From assembly GCA_051294905.1 (NCBI GenBank), contig CM119372.1, positions 21,702,001 to 21,766,000 of the forward strand: a DNA stretch of 64,000 nucleotides. The letters run 5' to 3'. This stretch comes from Botryllus schlosseri (lineage: Eukaryota). Made by a program: the position numbers and the translations under genes. Of this stretch, positions 53,201 to 64,000 are shown one piece after another (position 1 is the first letter of the stretch; the number at the start of each line of letters is the position of its first letter). The notes beneath the pieces were generated by a model that worked only from the letters and a program-made list of their open reading frames with translations, made no database searches and was not told where the DNA came from.

Positions 53201-54439
53201 TGCTTTATACTGCAGTAATTGGTACCAATCGCAAAAACGCTCAAGACTTATATCATCGCATTTTACGTGTACACTGTGTACAGTACAGTATTTCGATACC
53301 ATACGGCCAGCCTAACGATTTCATCCGCCCGCGAAGCAATCCCAAGTAAATGGAAATTGCTTGTATTATCCAGCACATTTCCTCCACATTTAAAAAAAAA
53401 GGTTATTAGGGAATACTTCGACGTGAAATCCCTCATGACAGCAAATGTGAAGCATGTTCATTGTTCAATGTTCATAAGCCACGTTATAACCATCGGAAGG
53501 CATCTTTGATCATACCGCTAGCCTATATACCTTATAGCCTCTAGGGTAATCCGATTCGGGATTTGAAAATAATAAACAAAATTACAACGACTATATGTTT
53601 ACAAGTAAATCTCTTGTATTCGTCACCTGCATACGCAGGACCAAACGCCGCATCACAACTAAAACAATTGCGGCATAGATACATGCCAATCCTATCGTCG
53701 TTAGTTATTTTTTGAAGACCCACTAATTAACAGTTTTTTAGTGTAGGCTATATATCGGCTAGTCTTTGTTGTAGTTGCGGATTTTGAAAAGTCAGTAGTT
53801 CTAGTTCTAGTTCTTGTTGCGCATTTTAAAATGATATTAGTCTTCGTTTGACGTGACTCGTGACACCGATGTTCTGTCGTACGATGTTCCTGCTGCCATT
53901 GCTAGCTCGGAGTCAGCAATACCAACAGTGGCATAGCCAGAGAGGAGATTTTGTGGGTCTCTCCCATTTCAAACTCAAAATCCCGTCCTTTTCAAATGAC
54001 GAGTCTATGTCTCATATTTCCGATAAAATACAGATTAATTAGTTTTCTCATGTAATTGAATCTACTTCAGGAAGGTTCTTAACCTTTAATTACCTGCTAA
54101 ACCTTACGCTAATCTGCAAGTCCTTGACGGATCTCCAAATTTGCACTGCGTGTCACAAAACAAAAATCACATTACATTCTAACTACAGTTGACATTCAAT
54201 ACATTACTATGTAGGCCTATTACTGGTGCGCAATTTGAACTGCGCATCGGCAGAGTGGTGAAAGAACCGGACCAATAAAATATTAGTTCTTCATTGTGTT
54301 TTTGCTGCTATGGTCAGTTACACCGGGTTTATATTTCATATGATGAATCCTGATCGGCGACTTATAGCACGAAGCTCTTCCATCCGGTATCAATGTATTC
54401 TCATTGCAGATGAGGATATTCAAATGAAATTGAAAGCAA

Positions 54440-55050
54440 ATATAGGTGCTTACTCATTGCTCATGCATATGACGTAGGTGACGTTGTATATTTGTATGCT
54501 CTCGCAACAGCGTCCTATGCGTGGAGTAGATAAGGACATTCCTGATGTCTACTCTGCTAATCCACGAGTATATTTGAAATACATTTCCTGTGGCTGACTA
54601 GGATCGTACAGTACATTGGATATCTAATACAACCACAAAGTATTCCAAAAATAGTTCTTGAAAGGGTGTTGTTTCAACATTGTTTTACCACAGTTGTTAT
54701 CCGGTATATATAGAATTCATTCGAGCAACATCGTTGTTGATACACTCACCAAATGTATTGGCTCTGTTATCGGCTTGGTTACAGAATAAAGGAATTTTTA
54801 ATGCGGGACCGCGAGATCGGAAATTCCCTGCCTTTTACGGTGGGTGTGTCATATGAGAGAAAATAACAAGCGTTCATTGTACAGTATGTATATTGTAGAA
54901 CATACAGTGCAGTGTACATGTACAATTGTACATTGTACAAGAACACGTGCACAGCCTGCGACGGTGCTGTCCGACAGATCAGTTCAAAGGAATATTGCCC
55001 TGCATGTACTTGGACCCATGGCTCTGCAACCTGAGGCACTTTCATGATCC
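54440..55050 (-). pseudogene. SEFIR-like 3' relic R3 (paralog of 47290-47870)
   Basis: AIFL*TDLSDST, YFLSYDTP and CINNDVARMNSIY align with R2 and R1, and the DNA is collinear with 47.3-47.9 kb. Confidence 0.55.
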
Positions 55051-55699
55051 CGGTGCGGCTCTTCGCATGTTTGAAGCAAAATAATTGTATATCGCAATAA
55101 TAAGTATATTATGAAAAAAAATATTTCTCTTTGGGTATTTGTTATTTTTTCGGGAAAGTTTCCTTATTACATGCTGTTGGGAAGCAGACAAACCAAGCAG
55201 TGGTGGTCAAAGTAATCAGCAAGGATACTCAGGTAGAAGTAGTAGCGACGCAAAATTCTATTCAAGTACGAGTAGTGATTTTTCAAAGCAGATGACAACT
55301 ACTTCAAGTACAAGTAAAGAATTAGATGTCTTTGGAAACAACTCAAGCAATTACCTAGTCTTGAAAAGCAGTCAGAAAGATGCCTCGGGAACCGCCAACA
55401 CCCGGAAGTTGTCTTTAGACTCCAGCATGGTGGGTCGCCCGTCTGAATTGTAATATATTTTAGACAACTCCGCCGATTTGATAGGAGTGAGGAAGGGTAA
55501 GGCTTGCTTGGCGTTATTACTCTCGAATTGAATATAAGTAGTCGACAAACGCCGTGAACACCACTAACAACCGAAAACAACATCGTAGAGTCGCATGTTG
55601 GCCGAAACTTCATTTGTCATTTGGTGTGTCGTGTCCCTATCAAGTGGACAATGATGGGTACATTATGACGTAACATCTTTCATGGTCATCCTTATATTG

Positions 55700-56022
55700 T
55701 AGGGCTACCATATTTTGGAATCGGGAAAGGAGGACACCTTTACCAAAACAGATAAGTTAGTTGATCAAAACTGAAAACAGCCGATTTCGCTATTTTTGCT
55801 GTAAAATTTGGTGGGTTGACTGAAAAAAAAACGTCGTCACTTCTGTTCGAATCACGAATCTCCTATTTCGCGTCATTTATACCCATTTTCACTCAAATCT
55901 CTCCATTATCTTAGCTGTAAAGGCTGTTAAGGAGGACGAATTGCCAAAAAGGATGACGTTTAGGCGTCCTCGGAGGACATTATTTACAAAAACCTGAAAA
56001 ATGAGGACGTATGGTAAGCCTA
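55700..56022. mobile_element. hAT MITE (TAGGG family) inside a (GTAATC)n element
   Basis: TAGGGCTACCATA / TATGGTAAGCCTA ends and perfect TSD TTATATTG. The host family recurs, inverted, from 62767. Confidence 0.9.
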
Positions 56023-56676
56023 TTATATTGTCTTTCAATATATCTTCCAAGATTAGTTTTAAGAAGCAAAATAAATGTAATCGTGAGTAGTCGTGTTACT
56101 TTTCCAACGTAGTCATAATCGACTATTACCTAATCGTAATCGTAATCGTAATCGCGTGATTTAGAAGTATAATCGTAATCGCAATCGATTAAATTCATGG
56201 AGTAATCACCCCATATCTGACCACGCCACTGTTGGACAATATGCTTTTGTCGAATTATCCGAAGCGACATCACGGACGAATTGTAACGTCACCGACAAAA
56301 CATTCAAAAACCTAAATTTGTTGATGGTATAGGGCCGAGAGCCAACAAATGTAAAATCATTTGCAACATTATTCAACATTTCATCAAATTTCATTCCTGT
56401 TATGAAGTTACTCAGCTATTCTATAGCGTGTATGTTTTACCGTGACTGTGTACGTTTGTTATTGCCGTTCGCGACTCTGTGTACTTATCATTATTACGCC
56501 TCAACGATAAAATTCTTTCTATATGTCGAATTTGGCTTACCTCATTTACTGATGTTCGCTCTTCGGGCTTAGAGCTTAGAGTGGAATGAATTTTACAATA
56601 TTCACATATTGTTTGCTTCTATGTCTGAAACATGTTTGAAACAACATGTTTTAAAACACCATTTGTTTCTATTCTA

Positions 56677-57874
56677 GAGTATTTTTTGAAAATTCATGCA
56701 GCTTTTTCAAAAAGATTTTGCGCTGTGCGCGATTTCAATTTTTAAAATATCGTAATTATTGGGTACTCTTCCACCAAGAAAAATACGCAAGTTTATAGAA
56801 ATGGACATATCAGCGTTGGCCATAACCGGGCCGCGATGCACCAAGACATGTAAAGTTTTATGCCATGTAACATGCTACTCCAAGAAGTGTGCCAGAACAA
56901 TCGATAGCGAGAAAACCTTCGCCGAAAGGACTGTCCTTATGCGGACCGAAAACTTCGTTATATAAACAAAATACATATAGGTTTAATCAGGCACCTAGAT
57001 GGCTGGCGCCGAATGTTCCTGTCTTGGCAATCTGAACCTCACAAGACAAATACCATCCTGCAGTGAAAAATAATATGCACATGAAAAGATACCCTTTTGA
57101 AATCGTGTACGTCTTTTAGTTTAGTAGCCTACGTTTAAGCGATTCTATATTTTTGATAGAGCAGACAGGAGATAACGAAATAACATCATGTTACGGAGTC
57201 ATACCAATGGGCCGTACAGTTTCCATAACATCTCACTCAGCTCTACCGGTAAATCTGGTTACGTGATCAGATAGGACAAAAAATGATAGCAATATCTATG
57301 CAATTCTCGATCGTATTGACCGATTTTATCATGAATTATCGAAAGTTATCGCGCTTCGCGCTGGCTCACTACACAGTAGGCTACGGCTTATTACTTGGCA
57401 AAAGCGAACAACGTGATTGGGAGTAGGTTTATCACCCTATGGGAGCCCAAGACCCAAGTTCTTTAGGGGGCCTGACGAAGTGCTGTTTCATTCCTGCTAA
57501 CGGGTATACGCCCGAAAATGTTCAATTATCATTGAGGGGTCCTACCTTTTCAAACACACCTTACTCAGCTCTACCTGTAAATCTGATTACGTGAGCATAG
57601 AGACGATAAAAATTGATAGCAATATGTATGCAATTCCCTATCATTTTGACCGACACAATCATGTTTTATAGAATTTTTTCGCGGTTGGCGCGAGCAGGCG
57701 AGACAAGCTGACTCGGCTAACAGCCCTCAATGTAGGTGACAAGTAGCAATAAACAGTGTATAACCTGATGGGATTGTGGGGGGCGAAGCCCCCCAGAAGT
57801 TCGGTTTATCATCATATGGGAAGCCAAAGTCCAACGTTTTGGAGGGGGGCTGAAGAAGTGCTGTTACGGCCCTG
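56677..57874. mobile_element. Inverted copy of the CAGGGCCGTAAC element abutting psi2
   Basis: The reverse complement aligns with 33955-35100. Confidence 0.85.
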
Positions 57875-59035
57875 CCTATATACGTCATGTCTGTATGCAT
57901 GGTGCCCAGGGTGATACGTTCCTTTTATATTTCATTCTGTAAGAATTTCCAAAATATCTTCAAGTCCCGGACAGTCCACATGACACGGATGCTTCTATGT
58001 CTCGAAGTTGACGTCATGAACAGCGCTTATAATATTCGCAAGCCAGATTCTCGTAGTCGGGCATTAGTAAGTAGATCACCGTCGGACGAGATGTGCATAT
58101 TTTGCGTTCACCTCGGTTATCGAATATGGCAGGGGCGGGCAACATACGGCCCGCGAAGGAATTTTGTCCGGCCCGCGGACAGTTTTCCGTCATACAAGAT
58201 AATGTGGCCCGCAGCCCCAGTCTGCCGAGATTCCCCACTACTTGCTTACTACGTCAAATTTTAATGACTGTATGCGTGTATCCGCAAAGTGCGAGAGTGG
58301 AGCTTACGCGTAAGTTCGTCGAAGCTAGAATTCTTGCATTAATTATCGGCATTAACCATGTACTCAACCCTAATGTCGTTTGTGGTAATCATGGTGTTTG
58401 TCGACTATACAATGATCCTTTGCACCAAGCTGACATATCTTATTTTTGAATCCGTAACAGCCGACTTGTAGCACGGCACACTTCTATGCTTTCGTAAGAC
58501 ACCGCTTATGCCAGGAGTCGCCAACTCAAAACGGGTCGCGGGCCACTTTTCAAATTTCGTGGAGGACGCCGGCGCATGAATTCAATATCGAGATTAATTA
58601 GGCCACACAGTTGAACAACGACGCTATCTCGTCACCTACTCAACCCAAATAAACTGACATCTTGGTAAATCTGCGGTATCGGGCTTATAGAATACGCCTT
58701 GGAATCTTAATTAAGGAATGCACCTCGTGTTCATTGATCAGCTGAAAGCAGACATGACGGCGCCTGTATGGCAATGCTATTCTCAAATCCATATTGTTTC
58801 GTCATTATCGGCGAGAAATGGCTTTGAAGTGACATTGCTATCGTTAAAGTACATTCAGTAAATACGATTTATTCCTTGTATGCGTGTTACGTGGATAAAT
58901 GGGCGAATATTGTATCGATTCAGCAATCCGGCCCGCCAAATACTTAATTTTCCTATCCGGCCCACCGACTGGAGAAGTTGCCCGCCCCTGGAATATGGTA
59001 TGAATATTGACAGATTAAATGAATACTTAACTTCA
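57875..59035 (-). pseudogene. IL-17 exon-1 relic psi2, split by a hAT element
   Basis: EVKYSFNLSIFI (start codon lost) ... PCHVDCPGLEDILEILTE* / RNVSPWAPCIQT*R. TATTTAAG at ~59165. Confidence 0.88.
58130..58990. mobile_element. Non-autonomous hAT element in psi2
   Basis: Perfect 14-bp TIR CAGGGGCGGGCAAC and perfect TSD GAATATGG. Confidence 0.95.
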
Positions 59036-60982
59036 GAAAAAACTTGTGAAGACACTGAACCTGTATAGAATGGTCCTATGTAATAATATATAATATATCA
59101 TTATAATTATATATTTGGATTAACCGTTAGCATACACAGAAATTATGTGCTTTGCATCTTAAATAGTGAAATTACACCGCTTTAGTTATTCAGTCATCAA
59201 ACTTTCGAAAAGAAACCCGTAATCGCGTTCATGGCACGTTGCATTTGTCGTTCCAACAACCATTCTAAATATAGCACTGTCTTGTCGATGTGACGCAGGC
59301 TTATTACCGTCATGTTTACATGCAAATATTGTGTACAAATATGCAGAAGGGATCAGGACACTCTTGGTAATCAAACTATGTTAATCTTAGGAATTCCTCG
59401 CATTTTTTACACGGGAATTATAAATAGTTTTATCGTTCCAAATTTGTCACGCGGAAAAATGGCAATTGAAAATCCAAACGGGTGCAATTTTTCAAGATAT
59501 ATCTAGTCACTGTGACACTTGAGGTATTTCGCAAAATTTGTATGACACTTTTTCTTATAAAAGTGATGCAAACACATCCTGAGTGTAAAGTAATTAATTT
59601 TTCGTAAAAACTGAGAGATAAAAGTGATAGTACTCTAAAAACAAAAAACTCCAGTAATTAGTACAAATAGGCAGAAACTACTTACAAGAGTATTCTAGCG
59701 AAGCTAGCAAAGTCCTGTTAAAGACCGCTAACGTTATCGCGATTGTTCGGCTTACTTCGAATGAGCTACGACTTTGCTATTAATGATAGCATCTACCATA
59801 CTATACGAAGTGTCGCATAATTGGATTTGAAAGTTTTAGGTTATTAAATTTCCCGTTTATATGTCGTCTTTTTTCGGATCCGTGAATATTGGGGGCGAAA
59901 ATTTGTGACGAGCTTGATAAGGGAGAGATGAGCCGAAAAAGGTAGGGAACCACTGATATAGAGGCTCATCGTTAGTTCACAGTGGATTCTAATTGAAATT
60001 CTATAGTATCGTTCGACCTATTATTTACTATTCCACATGTAATTATCCTTGTGCGTGAAAATGCCAGTTTTCACATTTAGCGTAGTTCAAAATGGTTGAA
60101 CCGAGCGGCTAAAAAGGTATTAGATAAAAAGAGTCCATTGTCCCGGTAATTCGCAAGCCAATATATTACAGTGTTTCTTAAATATCGCGACAGCGATCTT
60201 ATCCTTCTCACTAATGTCATAAGATTGTTGATATAAAGTATAATATATTGGAAATTGTATGCGCGGTTTATCTCGAAAAAGTAACAAAAACGGTATTGCC
60301 CTATAAAATTTACTTTTTCGGCACTATTATCAGACAAACTCAGAAGGTATGCTAACGTCTCTAGTTGTCGAGAAATCCACTCCAGGGAAGTGACGGCAGG
60401 GATATCTCGGATGTCCGGCCGGCTACTCCACTGGAAGTCAAATAGACGCCGAATGTTGCTGGGATTGCTTATGAGGATAACATGGCGAGGAGGAGCCTAG
60501 ATAAACCGTCCAATACTTAGGTGGTAATTCTGAAGTCAATCTAGATTGGATTTGCACTCGCAACCGATGGATGTTGCCGCTGTGCAACCATAACTGCGCT
60601 GACTCGTGACTCTGTCCACTTCTATGCTTTCGTAAGACACTGCTGACGCGAGAAGAATGCAGGTTCCGTGGATTCGTCATGTTATATATCAAGTATGAAA
60701 TCGTGATATCAATTTGGAATGCGAGACCTGTTATGGTGCAAGATGATCTAATAACAATGATAATTATATTAAGTGCAATTTGCATCTTCACGCCTTCTAA
60801 TATAAGTGATGTTGCTACACCTTCAACTTTCACGCTTATATAATGGTGTTACTTTGAAATATAAAATCGAAAAGAAACAAACAGAAAGTCAAAATTGAAA
60901 TATCGAAAATAAATATATTATGAGAACGGAGCTGTAAGATATAAAATATTATAAAAATATACTTAAAATTGAATAAGCAGTT

Positions 60983-62244
60983 TCAAGGAACGACACATGT
61001 ACAACCCACAGGCACTCTTTCGGTAGTGACTTTGCATATACCGGGCGAGCATTGCGAATAATGACGTATCGCGCCTTTCCGCCACTTCAGCACTACCATG
61101 GACGCGTAAACTTCAGTGCTTTTAAGACTTGACATCGGGTGCCTCGAGAGGGGATTGAGGCAGGACTTGCACAAACATTTGGCAACCGGCAGACGACGAG
61201 GATACCTGGTGAAGTTAGTAACGATACAATAAGATTAACCAAACACAGACGAGATACATAAAACAATATAGCAATAACTATCACCAAGAAGTGGTCAAGG
61301 TAAATATAATTGAAGTAGAAGTAATGTCGTAAATTTATACCCACCTACAAGCATTATTATTAGTGATCTTCAAGACATGTAAACCTACGTCATGTAGAAG
61401 TAGAAAACGCTGTGAATTGTTGCAACATGTCGCAGACTATATTGTTCGTAAGTTACTTGTGATATCTTTCAAAATTGCAAAATGATCAGTTGCAGTCGCT
61501 AAAGAACACAACGGATTTAATTATCAAACTGATTCTGTTATCACCATAAATTGTCATGGTTAACGAACATCGTCCAGTTGCGATAACATTTTCACTCACA
61601 AGAGTGATGCAAATCCATCAAAACAATACTTTCTACTTGACAAAATGAAAAAGTGACACGTTAGTATTTTAGCTCCATTAAAGTAGACCAGAAGTATTTT
61701 GAGAAACATGTCTACTTGAGTAAGTAGCGGAAATAGACAGTTAGACACGTAACCTATTTGATTAATCCAAGCATAGTGGAATTACTTAGTTATTGGCCAT
61801 CTCCGTGCTCGAGATCATAATTATGATATAAGTGGTCGATGGAAAGTCTAGTGTTTTGTACATAAATGACGATATAAAAAAATGGTGGGAGTCCTACCTA
61901 TTTCGGCGTTTCTGCATGCAGATCATCCATGGGGATATACTCCTTTTGTTTTCGTCAGTTATCGTATCTACAATATCTCGGAATTTCGGACATCGGACAC
62001 GACACGACCGACGCGAGCGTACACTTCTTCTTTGTCTGTGTGTCCTTGCGGACGACATCAATGGCTGCTCTGTTATTCTCAAGCACGATTCCCGGATTGA
62101 AGGATCGCTGAGCAGATCGCAGTCTGAAGAATTGTAGTTTTCGGCGTAAACGTCTTCTTCGAAATATTTTGCGTTCGCATATCTTATCATGGAAGCAACA
62201 AAAATCGCCAGCACCAATGTCGACGGCATGAATGAGTATTTCAT
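60983..62244 (-). CDS. IL17: Interleukin-17 family cytokine, copy C (189 aa, 2 coding exons)
   Basis: Exons 62244-61898 and 61205-60983, phase-2 intron gtagga..caccag. Signal peptide, RSISPW, R|YPRRLPVAKCLCKSC, ERVPVGCTCVVP*. Confidence 0.93.
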
Positions 62245-62380
62245 TTCGAAAATAAAGCCTATACTTGTCGAGCTTCAGTGGAATGTGGACCAAATATACC
62301 TATACAATATAATCGAGATTGTATAGATAGTATATTCGGATAAGGAGTGAACGTATATCAGTTCGAGGCCTGATTCGTAA

Positions 62381-62388
62381 CTTATATA
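62381..62388 (-). promoter_or_regulatory. TATA box of IL-17 copy C
   Basis: TATATAAG ~140 nt upstream of the ATG, at an equivalent position in copies A, B and psi2. Confidence 0.7.
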
Positions 62389-64000
62389 GGGATTTCGCTT
62401 TCTACGTAATTGTTCTTAGGGTGCTTTGCATATAATTTCATAAAGTCAGTTGCGTTGTACGTTGTACCAGTAACATTCCGTTCACTGCAAAAGTAATTAC
62501 ATCTTTATTCAATTCAATTTGAAATGTTTAATTTTTCATTATCTCTTTGCAGATATGCTTGCGCATATTGAAATAGCATTGATAGCATCTAAATACAGAT
62601 ACATGTTTGCTTGTGTATATGACGTAGGTGATGATGTATTTCTATTGACATATAGTTGTATGCTATCGCAACAATACCCCTACACGTGGAGTAGATAAGA
62701 AAATTCCTGATGTGACATCAGTGATGTCTACTCTACTATACTCAAATAGGATAGTACAGTGTGTTGTAGACATGGGGTGATTACTTTATGAATGTAATCG
62801 ATTGCGATCACGATTACTTCGGAATCACGCGATTACGATTACGATTACGATTACAGCAAAATCAGGAAGTAGTAGATTACGATTACGATTACATTGAAAA
62901 AGTAATCACGATTACTCACGATTACATTTGTTTTGCTTATGACTATAATCTTAAATGATATATGGGAAGGCAATACAAGGATTGCGATGAAAACGTTTAA
63001 TGAGATATCAACTTTCTTCATACATCTGCGTCATTTGCTTATTACGTCATAATATATCAATTGCACAACTTTATAGTGGATGATTTATCGCCTCCAACGA
63101 TTTGCATTATTGCCAGGTCTTTACCTGCCGCGCCCCAAATTCCTTAATAGAGTGGGGAGCGTGCTCGAAGGGGACTCAAAAGTATTTCGTAAACCAACAT
63201 ATATTATAGAGCATTTTTGAGAATTTAATTAATTCTTGTAAATGTTTTTCGAAATTTGCGATTCAAATATCTCTAGTACAGGGGTCACCAACGCGGACCA
63301 AATGAGTCGCCCGCGGTCGCTGTAGTAGTGGTGGCTTTTGGGGTGGGCGAGGTGGGCGATCGCCAGGGGGGGGCTGGCCGAAGGGCTCCCCTATTTGGAT
63401 TATGCGCTTTTTTCAAGGATAATAACGAATAAACATGGAAATCCGTGTAAGGCAAGAATAGGATTCCGTACAGATGTGTCAATCATCATCAAATCTCTGC
63501 ATTTGTTAGAAAAGTACCATATCCCGATAATCATCACGTCTCTGCATGCGGTAGAATTACTTAGTTTTAATGTCGTCTATCTTTGCACACATGAAAAAAT
63601 AGACATGACCGAATCCAGCACCTGGCCAAACCTTGATAGATAGATAATAATAACAGATGCGAAAGAGGGGTCTGGGGGGTGAAGCCCCCCATAAGTTACG
63701 GATAGGTACTTATAGCGCGGCCCCCTGTAAGTCTCGCCCAGCCCCCTCCCCCCCCCGTTCGTATGGCCACCACTGCGCTGTAGCAAATATCCAAATGAGA
63801 GATTTGATAGTTGAAGCTCGTTTCATATGAGCAGCAGCTGAACATGGGTCGGCCGACGCCAAGGAACATACGAACGCAGTCGCTCGGGGCATTGCTTGTC
63901 TTCGCCCACGCGGCGGCTCAACGGGAATCTATATAGTTAATATTCCCGAGTCTAGACGCGGAGATCGGCGCTTCTGCGCGCACTGCAGCAACGCAACTGA

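Noticed and set aside
55139..55453. Ser/Thr-rich 104-aa ORF
   Set aside because: It derives from AGTAG-rich repeat-element sequence also seen at ~44.4 kb; no splice or domain support.

Overview
AT-rich eukaryotic genomic DNA with GT-AG introns, tRNA-derived SINEs, many non-autonomous hAT/MITE elements and a Penelope-like retroelement. It is probably from an invertebrate and looks tunicate-like to me, but the sequence cannot prove that. The window is an interleukin-17 ligand/receptor gene complex, almost all on the minus strand. Ligands: two intact two-exon IL-17 genes (27132-27924, 60983-62244), one full-length pseudogene (45691-46956) and two transposon-split exon-1 relics (39.6 kb, 57.9-59.0 kb). 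Receptors: at least six badly decayed IL-17-receptor-like (FNIII-TM-SEFIR) pseudogenes that the ORF track shows only as scattered fragments; from 27 kb onward they sit head-to-tail directly upstream of the ligand genes as repeated receptor-to-ligand cassettes. Also found: a decayed receptor with IL-17R-like ectodomain fragments, a mucin stalk, a TM helix and a tyrosine-motif (ITAM-like) tail instead of SEFIR (10.3-22.5 kb); a 74-aa secreted cysteine-rich peptide gene absent from the ORF track (3461-3862); and a minimal hammerhead ribozyme in the Penelope 3' end. All translations and alignments were done by eye, and the vertebrate reference motifs are recalled from memory, so the receptor calls need HMM confirmation.
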